Assembly: GCF_964213995.1 (NCBI RefSeq)
Contig: NC_135808.1
Coordinates: 69,192,001 to 69,256,000, forward strand
Origin: Mustelus asterias
Lineage: Eukaryota
Direction: 5' to 3'
Length of the DNA: 64,000 nucleotides
Of the stretch, positions 1 to 12,979 are shown piece by piece. Within the stretch, counting starts at the first letter, position 1, and every line of letters starts with the position of its first letter. A model generated the notes under the pieces. That model searched no databases, was not told the DNA's origin, and worked only from the letters and a program-made list of their open reading frames with translations. Position numbers and translations under genes: made by a program.

Positions 1-54
1 TCATTAAAAAAAAGGTTGGATTTGAAAGCACGTGGTAGTAATAGTGTTGATTGT

Positions 55-270
55 CATATAAACACATCTGATTCACTAATGCCGTTTTGGGAAAGAAATC
101 TGCCATCCTTACCCAGTCTGGCCTACATGTGACTCCAGACCCACAGCAATGCGATTGACTCTTAACTGCCCTCTGAAATGGCCTAGCAAGCCATTCAGTT
201 CAAGGCCTGTGAGGGATGGACAACAAATGTAGACCACCCCAGCGTTGCCCACATCCTATGAAACAAATAA
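55..270 (+). mobile_element. 3' part of an old shark SINE with a tail shared with a CR1/L2-group LINE
   Basis: Block ttcactaatg...ggcctacatgtgactccagacccacagcaatg...cccacatcctatgaa is homologous to the reverse complement of 29781-30098. Its tail resembles the LINE 3' end at ~41015-41065. Confidence 0.6.
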
Positions 271-2278
271 ATAGGTTTAAAAATGACATACTCATGTGCC
301 TGGAGTGGGACTGTGAACCCATGTCCTGACTATTCTGATTCTGGTATATTTAGACAGATTCATGAACATTATGAAGAGCTAATCTAGGTGAATGGGATGA
401 GTAGGGCAGCACAGATGAAACCGTCATAGTTTTACGTATCCAGATTGTTAACTCCAGATTTTTACTTTAGTTTTCACCTTCACACAAAAGATTCTGATTT
501 CAACTTAGATGATGAAGCTACAGAAATTTTAGTTAACTATTTTCTTCCTCAGTTTCATTAACAAAGCGACATTGGCTAAAGGAACACAGTAAAAGTGTCC
601 TATCCTTGGGATGTCAGTTCAACACATTATAAAACACTAAAGATGTACATCATAGGCAATCTATCACTACATAATGTGATATACGTCTTGCTATGTCATG
701 CAATCTGCCAATCTTTTATTGTGTAGCAAAGAAAGCATCAAGTATCAATGCAAATTCAGCACAGAATGTAAAGAGGAATCAGTGTAAAGCAAGCAGCATT
801 TCCTTGACTGACATGTGTCTGATGGCTAGGTGCAAATCATATTAGCGCAACTGAGGAATGAGATCTTTTCTAACTTCCTCCCTTTCTGTAGCAACTGGTA
901 CGCTTCTTCATTCAATAGTCCTCGATTTGAAATCTGCTGCTGTTTGCTTTGTTAGTGAGGGAGTATTGTGTGAAAGGGATACAGGCATCTGATAATGGAT
1001 TTTCATTTTCTCCAAAACCTTTAATTTGGTTGTTTTTATTAAAGCGCGTACAAAGGTGATAAGATTGTTCCCCCATGTGAAAATGTTATGTGGTGCTAAT
1101 TATTTGCCTTTGAACAAATGACTCTTCATCACAAAATAAAGTCACCTAAATGTCACCTGGATTTTCCAGAATGCAGACTGACAAAAGCTATTACATTAAA
1201 TCTATCAAAAGAAGTTAGTGGAAAATAAATTGTACTCTGCGTTAATAAAAGGCCTAGCAGCATCAAAGGCAGCCGGTGAGAATGTATAGGTGCCAATTCT
1301 AGCTTAGCTGTACGTACTTGTGGAAATGTTGAAGTGCAAATTAATTGCAGGAGATATGAGAAAAGGCAACATCCCAAGTGATGCTCTAAATACAATTTAG
1401 GTGTTTAAGAGGTAATTACAACATTTAGATATTGAGTTGAGCTGCATTGAACTTGATTTCCTCCCCATTTTAAAGACTAGAAGCAGTATTGAAATGAAGG
1501 TAATAACTGGGTTTGATATTAAAGGGAGCGGACATCAGAATTCATTGCACGTTGACACTCGTCATCCAGAAGAGCATTTTATTCTCCCGCTTATCACGTA
1601 AATGAAAGTCCCTGTGTTCACCTGTCTTCATTTTAATTTAAAAAAAGAGGTCTCCCCATCATATCCTATTTCTCTCCCTTCCTGCAATGTGTTTAAAGAA
1701 ATTAATGGGAATAATTTTTGCCTGTGATGCACTGTTAAGGTTGATCTAGAGAAATCACGACAGATGCAGTTACCTAGATAATGGAAGATTGTTGTGTGAA
1801 TGGGGTCAGCAGGAGGGTTATGGCCAATCTTCCACTATACCTGTGCCACTAAATTGGCATAGCTGGGATGAGGACATGGGTTGGGGAAATGTTAGGGTTG
1901 GATCTCTATCGATATTTGTGTTTTTGCAATTTCCTGCTAGACATGATGAGACATATAATTTGCCCAGCCATGAATGAGCAGCTATAGTTTAATAGTATTC
2001 ACTATATCTATATATCGACTGAAGTATACAATTCAATATATTTTACATTGTGGCAACATGAGGCCTGCTGCACTTTGTTCTTCCCTGATGAAGGTCAGGG
2101 AGAGCCACCAACACAATATTCATTACCTTGATTCTGGGAAATCAGCCAGACATACGCGAGGCAGTGAATTCCTGTCTCACTGCACTTTCACCTATATCAC
2201 AGTCGATGTGGAAAATCTGGGTCTGTGAATTGTGTGTACCACCTGGGTTTACTTGAAAAGATAGCCTGAAGGGATAAT

Positions 2279-3008
2279 GAGGTGAGAGTGATTGCTCTTG
2301 ATATCACGGTGGCATTTGACCAAGTGTGGCATCAAGCGGCTCTAACAATGCTGGAGCCAATGTGAATCAGGAGGGAAACTCTCTACTGGTTGGTGTCATA
2401 CCTAGCACAATGGAAGATGGTTGTGGTAGTTGGACATCAATCATCTCAGTCTCAGAACAGCACTGCAGGATTTCCTCAGGGCAGTGTCCTACATCCAATA
2501 ACTTTAGCTGCTTCATCAATGACTTTCCCTCCATTATAAGGTCAGAAGTGTGCAACTATCAGCAAACATCCCCATTGTTCAGCACCATTTGCAACTATTT
2601 AGGTACTGTAAGAAGTCTCACAACACCAAGTTAAAGTCCAACAAGTATATTTGGAATAATGAGTTTTCGGAGCGCTGCTCCTTCATCAGGTGCGTTACCT
2701 GATGAAGGAACCACGCTCTGAAAGCTCGTGATTCCAAATAAACCTGTTGGACTTTAACCTGGTGTTGTGAGACTTCTTACTGAACTCACCCCAGTCCAAC
2801 ACCAGCATCTCCATATCATATTCAGATACTGACACAGCCCTTGTCCATTAGGCTTTGGGCTGATAAACAGCAAGTAATATTCACACCACACAAGTGCCAG
2901 GCAAAAAACATTTCCACCAAGAGAGAATCTAACCATTTCCCCATGACGTTCAATTACATTACGATCACTGAATCTCCCACTATCAATATCCTGGGGGTTA
3001 CCATTGTG
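2279..3008 (+). mobile_element. Decayed CR1/L2-group LINE RT fragment, split by a Penelope insertion
   Basis: Across frameshifts it translates as VRVIALDI..AFDQVWH...GFPQGSVL..FSCFINDFPSIIRSEV...WADKQQVIFTPHKCQA...TINILGVTI. Same family as 33900-41065. Confidence 0.75.
2608..2820. mobile_element. Penelope-like element end in inverted (fold-back) arrangement with two degenerate hammerhead motifs
   Basis: Arms ~2608-2692 and ~2697-2782 are reverse complements and match 38546-38680, 43128-43220 and 58410-58543. Possible diverged TSD tttaggtact / ttcagatact. Confidence 0.85.
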
Positions 3009-3363
3009 ATAAATATCTATTTCATGGTTGAATTTAATATTTTGGATGGAATATTTTGTTCTGGATAGATTGTTATTGTGAAAGTAAAGTAATAAAATGC
3101 TGGGCTTTAGAGCGTGTCACCTAAAAGAAAATGGCAATTCAGAAGGTTACCCATATTTGTTTAATAGAGTCAGAGTAGAAGAGATGGAGCCACAAAACAG
3201 CAGGTGGGTTTACTTAGAGAGAACTGGAGATGTCTGTACTGCTTGCAAAGAATTGCTGCCCTGAGAGAGGTTTTGTTTTGGGAGTTGAAGCTAAATTAAT
3301 TTAAAAGCATTCAGTGAAGTATGATATTGTGATAAGCCACAAAAAAGGGTCCTCTGTAATCAA

Positions 3364-4038
3364 GGGGTGGAATCTTGTTGAATCACTGAGAGAACTGCAC
3401 TGCATCTTTTTGGGAAGGCCCATCAAATAATAAGTCAATCAGGCAATGGCGAGGCCAGCCGCAGACTTTCCCCTGGAATCAAGACAGTGGGGGCTGGCCA
3501 ATCAGAGTTCAGCATCTCTTGCGCCACTGGGGAGGCGATGGCAGCTGCCTGAAGGGCAAGAACAGGAGTCCCAGGATTGCAGAGCGGCCCAGGTCACAGG
3601 TAAATACTTTGGGGCTGTGGTTTCACAGGGTGGGAGATCGTGGGGGACGGGTGCAAGGGGGTTGGCAGTAAGAACAGGGGTGTGGCTCTCAGCAGACCAC
3701 CCATCTCCCCCATTTCCAGTGTCCAGTCACTCAATCAGACACTGCCTTTGATGGAGGGACCACCTTCAGAGGTGACAAGATGATCACATGGTTTTATCTG
3801 CCTTGAATGTCACATGGTGCCAGGTCCACCTGCAGCATACTTAATATCAGTGGTGGGATAAATGGTCATTTATTGGCCACTGAAGGGCCTCAATTGGCAC
3901 GTAGGTCATCCATGGCCTTTCACGCCCAGAGTTTAGTTCTGGCGGAGATGGGAAGGGTTCTGGTATGCATCGTCCCACTCAATTACATGCCTTTCCCCTC
4001 TCTAAACTCACCACCAGAGAGAGCAGAAAGTTCCATCT
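3364..4038. mobile_element. Old non-autonomous DNA transposon (PIF/Harbinger-type MITE)
   Basis: GC-richer block bounded by imperfect TIRs ggggtggaatctt / aaagttccatct. Confidence 0.45.
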
Positions 4039-4689
4039 AATGATTCAGGGCATCTGGCAAGAAGCCTTGTTGAAGTTACATCACATACAAGAGAACTCAG
4101 TAATGTTTAAATGAAGGAACGATCTCCGACATATGTGTTTTGAAGGAAATGATATTTGTTATTCACACAAGAATGTAGCAGGTAAGGTAGAGATGAGAAA
4201 AGTAGGGTTGTGTGAATTGTTTAATCTATAATGTAATAAGAATAGGAATGTGCAGCAGGAAGAATTTTCATAGGTCAAATCCTTCTGTCTTACTATTCAA
4301 TACTCCTGTCTTTAAGAGCAAATAGTCAGAGGAAGAAGCATGAAACAAATGATGAACATTCACCAATAAAACAGTCACTTCTTACAAGGAAGATATTGTG
4401 TTCAGAATGGAAATCTTTGGTGTCTGGGGAGTCGATGAAGATTGCAAACTTGTATTGCGTTTAGATATTCTGTGATTTCACAATAGATGTGGCAGTTCAA
4501 TGGAAAAGTGTTCTTACTTGTTCATAATGTACTATCTGCTCTCTTCACATAGCAAGATAAACCCTACCTACCAACCGCAAGCCTGAAAAACATCAACCAT
4601 CACTTCAAACCCTTGAAGTTGGCACCAGGGCAAACAGACACATTGATGAAAGAGTAGCTAATGATGCTCAGGAGAGGTTATCCTTGATT

Positions 4690-4864
4690 TTGAATGTATT
4701 CAAGAGGCAGCTGGATATTGCGCTTCGGGGAATGGGATCAAAGGTCATGGTGAAAAAGCAGGATTAAGCTATTGAGTTGGACGATCAGCCATGATCGTAA
4801 TGAATAGCGGAGCAGGCTCAAAGGGCCAGATGGCCTCCTCCTGCTCCTATCTTCTATGTTTCTA
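4690..4864 (+). mobile_element. CR1 (HER1-like) LINE 3' end
   Basis: gatcagccatgatc...gggccagatggcctcctcctgctcctatcttctatgtttcta is a typical CR1 3' UTR with hairpin and short tandem tail. Confidence 0.8.
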
Positions 4865-5103
4865 CATTTCTGGAACCAGTTGGCACAGAATGGAGGCACA
4901 GCTTGCAAAGTGCTTCTGTTGAGTTTAGTGGGAGTTTTCATGGATCTGTTTCTCACTTGAAGCTAGTGTAGCTGTATTGAACAGTCATGTGTCTTGTTGC
5001 AAACTGTCTAAACTCTTCCACATCAGACTCTTACAGTAGGCAGATCATCCCATTGGTCAGGAGTGGATACAGATCCAGGTCCCAGAGGTGCCAATGTCTA
5101 TCT

Positions 5104-5326
5104 AGAACAAAGAACAAAGAACAAAGAACAATACAGCACAGGAACAGGCCCTTCGGCCCTCCAAGCCCGCGCCGCTCCCCGGTCCAGGATTGAATCCTGA
5201 ATCCAGGACCCCGCCCAATTTTCCAGCCTATCTACATCCTAATATCCTATCCACCGAGCTGTCCCTCACAGCTACGATGCTTTGTTCATCACAACCTATT
5301 AACTCACCCCCACCCCCCCATCCCCA
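5104..5326 (-). mobile_element. CR1 3' UTR fragment with a (TTTGTTC)n tail
   Basis: (gaacaaa)x3-4 followed by tacagcacaggaacaggcccttcggccc, the same terminus as 54545-54605. Confidence 0.7.
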
Positions 5327-5394
5327 TAGACTTGTGAAAATACATTGGTGTGGGTAACAAATCTTTAGTACTCAGTCATTCCACCTCTAATGTT

Positions 5395-6503
5395 GGCCGT
5401 GATTCTCCCAAAAGTGCTGAATTGTTCTAGATCCTGACTGTTTTGTCAGTTCAGCTTCTCACCTGAATCTCCGCACTCTGTGCACTGAAGAGGTCCCAGT
5501 CGTGAATCTCATTAAAAACCCAGGCGGGCGGGGCCTATTCGCACCGGAGTCTGACAGTTCCGGAACTCTGCACATGCGCAGTAGTCCCGATCTGTCAGAC
5601 TCCCTGTTTGCTGGCCAGCTGAATTGCTGGCCAACCCGGGACCACCGCAGTGCTGTCCCTCCAGCTCCCCCCCGCACCCCCCCCATGGCCATCTCGCGGC
5701 CCCCACAACAATTCCCGGGCCAGCATTGACCCGCTCCCCCCCCCCCCCCCGCGCCCTGGAGCGCCCAATGTACAGCCCACCCCCCTCACCCAGGCAGACA
5801 CTCCACACCCCCCCAACTGACCACTCTGGAGTCAGCCCCCCTGGGAGTCAGGCCCCCCCCGCCGGCAGATCACCCCCCCCCCGCCCGCCCCAATCGCTGC
5901 CTTCCCTCCATGCCAGACTGATCGCCATGCAGAGTGGCAGGGGGAGCCCCCATCCCCATCGATCGCCTCTGGGCCCCATCCACCACAGGCCCTGCCGCCT
6001 TGGCACTGCCCGGTGCCCGGTGGGCAGTGCCAAGCTGTCCCCGGGCATGGGCACGTTGCCCCTTGGGCACTGCTAGGGACATGGCTGGCACTGCCAGGGT
6101 GCCCATGCCCAGGGGGCACCATCCCCCCACCCATCCCCTGGGGGGCCCTAATTGCCCCCCCTTCATTCCGGTGGGGTCTCCCGCTCATTCCCCGAATGTG
6201 TGGAGCTAGTCTGAACCCCGCAGGAATGAAGTACTCCTGGCGGGGTGGGAGATTCAATCGGGACCGGTAAGTTCCTGATAATTACATTGAAAATATATTT
6301 AAAATGCATTTAAAACAGATTCAAATTACTTACCTGCCTTCACGCCGGTTTCCAGCGTGGTCTGACCAGCGATTGTTTGCTGGCTCTGTGGGATGTGCAT
6401 GCGTTCCGGGCGCATGTGCAAATTCTGGAACAAGGCTGGCAACGAGCATCTCCCACCCCGACCCTCCAGAAAAGTTGTGGGTTGCGATGGGAGAATCGTG
6501 GCC
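5395..6503. mobile_element. GC-rich non-autonomous PIF/Harbinger-type element (~1.1 kb)
   Basis: TIRs ggccgtgattctccca (5395) / tgggagaatcgtggcc (6503), with C-run-rich interior and no credible protein. Confidence 0.75.
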
Positions 6504-6867
6504 ATTATTTCTGGAACCTGTCTAGGATTGTTCTGAAAATGCTATTGACTACTTTGATACATACGTTGCTTGATGTATCTCGCCATATTTTTGAGTCTTT
6601 TTTTAACAAATCCTGTTTTACATGCTCTTGGCATTTATATTTTCTTCAACTTTTAGGTCCACTTCAGTTATTTGGAACTGATTCTAACTTGTTCCAATTA
6701 ACATTCTTGGGGGTATCAGATGACTGGGGCCATGTTTGGTCCTGATTCAGTGCTTTAAGAAAAGGAGGGAAATACATAGGAGGAAAATGGCTTCCATCTG
6801 GCTTATCAGAATTTCCCACTCAACATTATAGGCTAATTAAGTAATTGTCGTATATTAAGCTACACTC

Positions 6868-7400
6868 AGGCAGGCTATTCAGCCCATCTGCTACATGCTG
6901 GCATCTTTGCTCCACATGTGCCTCTTCCCATCCTAATTCATCTAAGCACATAGGAATTTCATTCTGTTCCTTTCTCCCGCATGTGCTTATCTAGTTTCCT
7001 TTTGGATGCATCTATGCTCATTGCCTCAGCTACTCCTTGGGGTAGCATGTTTAGCATTCTCATCACTTCCTTGAGCAGAAAAGTTTTTTTCCAAATTCCC
7101 TATTGGATTTATCAGTGACTATCTTATATTTACGACCTTTAGCCTGAGACTAATCCACAAGTGAAAACATTTTATCCATGTTACCCAGTCAAACCTTTGC
7201 ATGACATGATCACCAATCAGTCGTCTTCTTTCTGGAGAACAGAGCACCAGCCTATTTAGCCTTTCCTAATAAGTTTATCTTCTCAGTTTTGGTATCATCC
7301 CTGTGAATCTTTATGTATCTTCTCCAATGCATCTGTATCTCTTTTTATAATATGGGGACCAGAGCTGTGCACAGGACTCCAAGTGTGCTCTAACCATGAT
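6868..7400 (-). mobile_element. Old CR1 LINE 3' fragment
   Basis: Minus strand gives ...SSGPHIIKRDTDALEKI..., a decayed CR1 ORF2 C-terminus, followed by a 3' UTR. Confidence 0.65.
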
Positions 7401-8200
7401 TGATCTTTTCTCAATTTGTTGGTAAATATGCATATAAATAGAGCTTTACTCCACTGTGTATTCACCTGCAGACAGTAACATATATCAGATAGAAACAAAC
7501 TCTGGCATTGCCGGCAAGTATATTTTGTTTGCTGTCCTAATTTCCATATTAAACGCGAATACCTCAAACGCTACGCCCATATTTTAATCTGCACACTATC
7601 CTGAATTTATAACTGCAGTAAGCTTGAACCTAACAATTTTTAAAAGCACTGTTGCAAATTTGTATTCCACAGTTCCAAAAATATTGGATGTTAGATATCT
7701 CTCGGGGAGAAATAAATAGCATGCAGCGAGTGTAAGCATAGGAGATACAAATCAGAAGCAGTGGCTAATTAATAAGTGAAACTAATAAAAAAAAAATCAA
7801 GCATCTGTTGTTGAAGCCATTGTTAAATTAACAGCAAGAAAGACACGCTGCTTTGAAGGTCAATAAATTATAATCACCATTGGTTACCAGGCAACCCAAT
7901 TCTTCAATCCAGTTGTAAGTTACACTGTACTGATCAGACACCAGTTTATGCCATTAATCGTATTTTCTGATTGCAAACTAATCTCTTCACAATCAGCATA
8001 AAAGACTATTTGGTATTTGCCCACTGCGTAGATCGATACCTGAAAAAAGCTGATTTTTTTTGCATGTAAAATGTGGGCCTTAGCTTCTTCTTCCGGCAAG
8101 TGGAATTGAAAATACTTGCTGATTAGGAAGACAAGCGCCAGGATTAATGTGTAGTAACACCACAATTGCAACTTTTGTTCAGTATCTCTAGTAAATATAA

Positions 8201-8402
8201 TCATAGAATCCTACAGTGCAGAAGGAGGCCATTTGGCTCATCGAGTCTGCACCAAACACAATCCCCTCCGGGCCCTATACCCATAACCCCACGCATTTAC
8301 CCTAGCTAGTCCCCCTGATACGAAAGGGCAATTTAGCATGATCAATCCACCTAACCCGCACATCTTTGGACTGTGGGAGGAAACTGGAGCACCCGGAGGA
8401 AA
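8201..8402 (-). mobile_element. HE1-type V-SINE, 5'-truncated
   Basis: catagaatcctacagtgcagaaggaggccat tail plus V-domain piece ttggactgtgggaggaaactggagcacccggagga. Confidence 0.9.
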
Positions 8403-8875
8403 TAATCTAAAAGCCTAAAGTGTTACCCCAGAGCGCCCATACTTCCCTGATACAATGCTCATGTATAATGTTAGGTTTCTGATGGATTAATCATTTCTGT
8501 TTTCTTCAGGAGAAAAATATGCTTTTAAGGTGATTCGATTGACACTGTGAAGAAAGAGGAAAGTCTAAATAGTTGATCTTCAAATAGTTTTGATTTTGCC
8601 AGAGTTTATGTCCCAAGGCTTTTAGTTTATAGTTCTCAAATAGTGGTGTCACATTTTAATGAGTTCGCTTGCAAATGTATTTTCCACCGGGTGCTATGGA
8701 GAGATTAATTAAGTCAAATGTACTTACTAAAGATTTGAATCATTATTTAAAGTCAAAAGGGAAGGCAATTTGAAGTAGTCCATCTCACTGTTCTAAGCAC
8801 CATAAGTATGAGATGGATGGGTGCGTATTTGATTGGATAGCCAATACCCTGTAAGAACACATTTTATTTTGTTAT

Positions 8876-9492
8876 AAAAGCAAAATACTGTGGATGCTGG
8901 AATCTGAAACAAGAACAGAAAATGCTGGAAAAACTTAGCAGGTCTGACAGCATCTATGGGGAGAGAATAGAGCGAACGTTTCATAGAATAGAGAAACATA
9001 GAAGATAGGGGGAGGCCATTTGGCCCTTCGAGCCTGCTCTGTCATTCATCACGATCATGGCTGATTGTCCAACTCAGTAGCCTAATCCTGCTTTCTCCCC
9101 ATAACCTTTGATCCCATTCGCCCCAAGTGCTATATCTAGCCGCCTCTTGAATACATTCAATGTTTTGCCTTCAAATACTTCCTGGGGTAATGAATTCTAC
9201 AGACTCACCACTCTTTGGGTGAAGAAATGTCTCCTTTCGAGTCTCGATGACCCTTCATCAGAGCTAAGAGCAAAGAAAATCAGCAGAGAACGGTCCCTGC
9301 GGAATGCTGACAGGGGGAGTGAGGGGAAGATGTTTTGCATAGTGGCATCATGCTGGAGTTGGCGGAAATGGCGGAGGATGACCCTTTGAATGCGGAGACT
9401 GGTAGAATGAAAAGTGAGGACAAGGGGTCCCTATCCTGGTTCTGGGAGGGATGGGAGGGGGATGAGAGCAATGGCCCGGGGAATGGATTGGG
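8876..9492 (-). mobile_element. Second Penelope-like family fragment (ORF piece plus hammerhead-bearing 3' end), interrupted by a CR1 tail
   Basis: Minus strand 9270-9492 reads PLVLTFHSTSLRIQRVILRHFRQLQHDATMQNIFPSLPLSAFRRDRSL (PLE RT-to-GIY-YIG linker). It is followed by agctCTGATGAagggtcatcgagactcGAAA|cgTTcgct. Confidence 0.75.
8983..9234 (-). mobile_element. CR1 3' end inserted into the Penelope fragment
   Basis: CR1 3' UTR motifs, flanked by tttc at 8979-8982 and 9235-9238. Confidence 0.8.
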
Positions 9493-10607
9493 GAGCCCAT
9501 TTTATTCTGTTCCCTGAAGTACAAAAGATGCACTTGACCAGAACTGGTTTAAACTGCTCTCCATAATAGAATCCAACAATCCACGGCTTATTTTGAATGT
9601 ATAGATATTTAATTTGTGCACTGCATTTAAGTGGATCAGCCAACAATTTTAAAACATTGTTAGTCATGGTACTTTATGGCCTTACAGTCATGACTATTGG
9701 AAACGCACTAAGCTCACTTCTGTAAGGAGAATAATTCAAGAAAATGGAAGCAATTAGTTTTGTGCTATTTTAAGAGAGTACAAGTGTTGATTATTGCATT
9801 TATTGATTTTTTTACTGCAAGTTTCACAAAGCTTGCTCTGCTGGTGAAGCAGTGGTGTCACATTTTGTCAAACTTTGCTAATTTTTCTCTTCTGTAATAT
9901 AAATCAATGCCATTTCAAACATTGGTATTCATTGTGTATTAATTGTGTGAACTGAATAAAAACCAATTTTGAAAGATTAAAATTCAGCATGAAAATATGT
10001 TTAACTGTAAAGTATCTTCCCAGGCTTTCCAGTTGTAACTAGAATTCCAACAGCAGATGAATTAAATGTAATCGCATTTTGGCCTGAAACATTATCCGTC
10101 ACTTTTTATTCAGTTTTATAGAGATGAAAATAAATAACTGATACATACACAGAAGAGCTAAAATATCCTAAACAAACTTTTAAAAATACATTAAAACATA
10201 TAATTTTTTAATCAGAGTTAAAAATTTAAAATTACTTTTCCAGAGCCATAGAAATTCTTCAGCAATAGTTATGACTTAGGACGCTGTTTAAAACCCAGTT
10301 ACACCTCATTAACAAGGTGGCAATCTTTTAGAGTTTTTGTAAACAGTGATAGTCAATGTAAAAGAGGAAGTTTTTGTCACTCCAGTGACTTCTAATTGAT
10401 TGAGATCAGTGGAGACTTCATTAGCACACACTATGGAGAAACATAGTGTCACAGACAGCAACTGGATTTCTGCATGTATGGACTCTAGAATATTCTGTCA
10501 GCTTCATTGGAGTTATGATAATTCCGCTGTCATTATTACTACATGACCCAGGCAAATGTCCTGAGAGCCAATTGTGGTGATGTTAACTGAGGAATAAATA
10601 TTGACCA

Positions 10608-12979
10608 TGAGGTCTTGTGCTTGTCTTGCTGATGGAACAGGGTGTTACCTATAATCCCCAGGCCATGTTCTAGGCATTTTGTCAAGAGGAGGACTCTGTT
10701 GGAGTTTGCGTTCCCTACTCTTTCCATGACTATTACATCCTTGCAGAGGTTTGCTTCCTTTCTGACAAGGTGACACAAGCACAAGTCTTGATGACAATAC
10801 CCACGGTCCAAAAACTGGCACTTACTCGACTACATCATTGTTCAAGCAAAGGATCACAAGATGTCCACATCATCCACACCACGACAGGTACTGACAGCTG
10901 CTGGTTGATCACCACCTTATCTGATCTACCATTTCTATCTGGCTGCCCATCAGCAGAAGCAAAAAAAAGCGATGTTCAAGGAAAATTATCATTGAAGGCC
11001 TCAACGATCCCACCAACGTGGCTCTTCTCAGTCAGCACCTCATTGTCAACCTCCAGCCGCCAGGAACTACAGCGTACCCATAGTGCCTACCATAAAAAGC
11101 ATATGTGAGGAGGTCCTTGGTTGCTCTACCAGAAAACATTGTGTCTGGTTTACTGAAAATGACCAAGAGTTGTAGGACCAAATGGGTTGTAAGTGCAAAG
11201 CTTTCATTGACTGGAAACTTCACCATACTTGAGAGAAACAGCAACCCTAAAGATGGTTGAATATAACCCACATCATAAAGAACAAATGGTGAGTAGAACG
11301 AATGCAAAAGATTCAACAACTTGCAGACATCAATACATGAATAGTTTCTTCAGTACTGTCAGGATGGCCCAAGCACTGAAGGCCTACCCAGCTGAGAGCC
11401 AATTATGGAGGGGAGTTGATCAAGGACAGAGAGTTAGTCAGTGCCTGCTGGACAGAACATTTTGAAGAACCCCTCAATCAAGACACTGTGTTTTCAACTT
11501 GAAGGTCCTCATCTGGCTTGGCCTCAGTGTTGCCCTAGTGTGGAACACAGTTAAAAAAGCCATTTGACAATTGAAAAATAACACGGCCACTTGTGCAGAT
11601 GGAAACTCTGCTTAAATTTTGAAACACAGCAGAGGTACTCTCTTGACGTGGCTGCACAACCTCATATCCCTCATCTGGGAAGATGAGTACATGATGGGGG
11701 GCCTCAGGGATACTGTAATCCCGTTTATGCTTAAGAGGGAAGACAAGCCTGATTGTGTAAAGACAGAGGAGTCTCCCTCCTGTCTGACACAGGGAAGACC
11801 ATTGCAAGGGTACTCCTTAACTGGCTTCTCCCAGTAGCCGAGGAACTCCTTCCAAAGTCACAGCACAGCTCTCGCCCGTCGAGAGACACCATGGACATGA
11901 TCTGCACAGCAAATTCAAGAAGAAGTGCATCAACAAGGCTGTAGATAGCCTTTTTCCACCACACAAAAGCCTTTGACTTTGTTGACCATGAAGGCTTATG
12001 GAGCATCCTCCTCAGATTTGGCTGCCTTTGGAAACTTGTCACTACATCTCCCTACTCCACGATAATGTGCAAGCTGTGATCCTTACCAATGGAACCATCA
12101 CAGACCTATCTGAGTGAAGACTGGTGTCAAAGAAGGCTGTGTTGATGCACCAATTCTCCTCCATTTATCTCACTGTACAAGTAAAATAATATGGACCGTT
12201 TTCCATATCTTGGGAGCCTCCTCTCAACGAAGGTAGCCATAGATGGTGAAGTTCATTATTGCCACCAATGTGCCAGCTCAGTCTTCAGCCAAGTGAGGAA
12301 AAAAGTACTCGAAGACCAAGATCTCAAACCTGAGACTAAGGTTCACTCAGAAGCAGTGATCCCTTCACTCAAATATGCTTCTGAGACTTGGACAAGCTAC
12401 AGCAGGCATTACTGGAAAAGTATGAGCAGCAGCGCCTCCAAATCCCAATGGCAAGAAAACTGATGCAACAGCATGTCCTCTCCAAAGTCAACTTGCCCAG
12501 AATTGAGGCTCTAATCACTCAAAACCAGCTTGGCTGGGCAGAAAATGTAGTTCACAAACCTGACACCAAACTCCGGAAGCAACTGCTCTACTCAGAACAT
12601 GGTCACAGCAGGTGATTTCCGGGAAGGCAGCAGAAACATTTTTAGGGATGTCCTCAAAGTATCTCTGAAAAGGTCAAAAATCTCGTTTGACTCATTGGCG
12701 ACTGCTTTTCAGCAACAAATATAGAGAAATCTCATAGAGACTCATAGAGAAGAAGGCACTGAACGTCTCGGGAACCTGCAGGGGCAAAGTCTTTTGGAGG
12801 GACTGCACAAACCTCCTAATAACCCATCTATCCAACCATTCAAGAACCACCCACTCGGAATGTGGCAGAGTCTGCAGATCATGCATTAGATTGTTCAACT
12901 ATCTCAGAACTCATTGAACCAGGGTGGAAGCAAGTCACCTTCAATCCTGACGAAGGGAATACCACAGAGAAAAAGGAGG
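10608..12979 (+). mobile_element. RTE-clade (BovB-like) LINE, decayed, with 5' inversion
   Basis: APE remnants (NTLFHQQDKHKTSW; HWHLLDYII-like) and RT remnants (GVSLLSDTGK..RVLLNWL; FPYLGS; LKYASETW; KQLLYSE). 11-bp TSD aatattgacca at 10597-10607 and 12980-12990. Confidence 0.85.

Noticed and set aside
5459-6270. Cluster of overlapping Pro/Gly-rich ORFs on both strands
   Set aside because: A by-product of the GC-rich MITE, with no domain motifs.
10020-10540. Possible old DNA-transposon remnants (also 41150-41680 and 49850-50560)
   Set aside because: They look repeat-like, but the ends and family could not be supported by eye.
12940-12975. CTGACGA resembling a hammerhead core
   Set aside because: No stem II or correctly placed GAAA; it is the decayed RTE 3' end.
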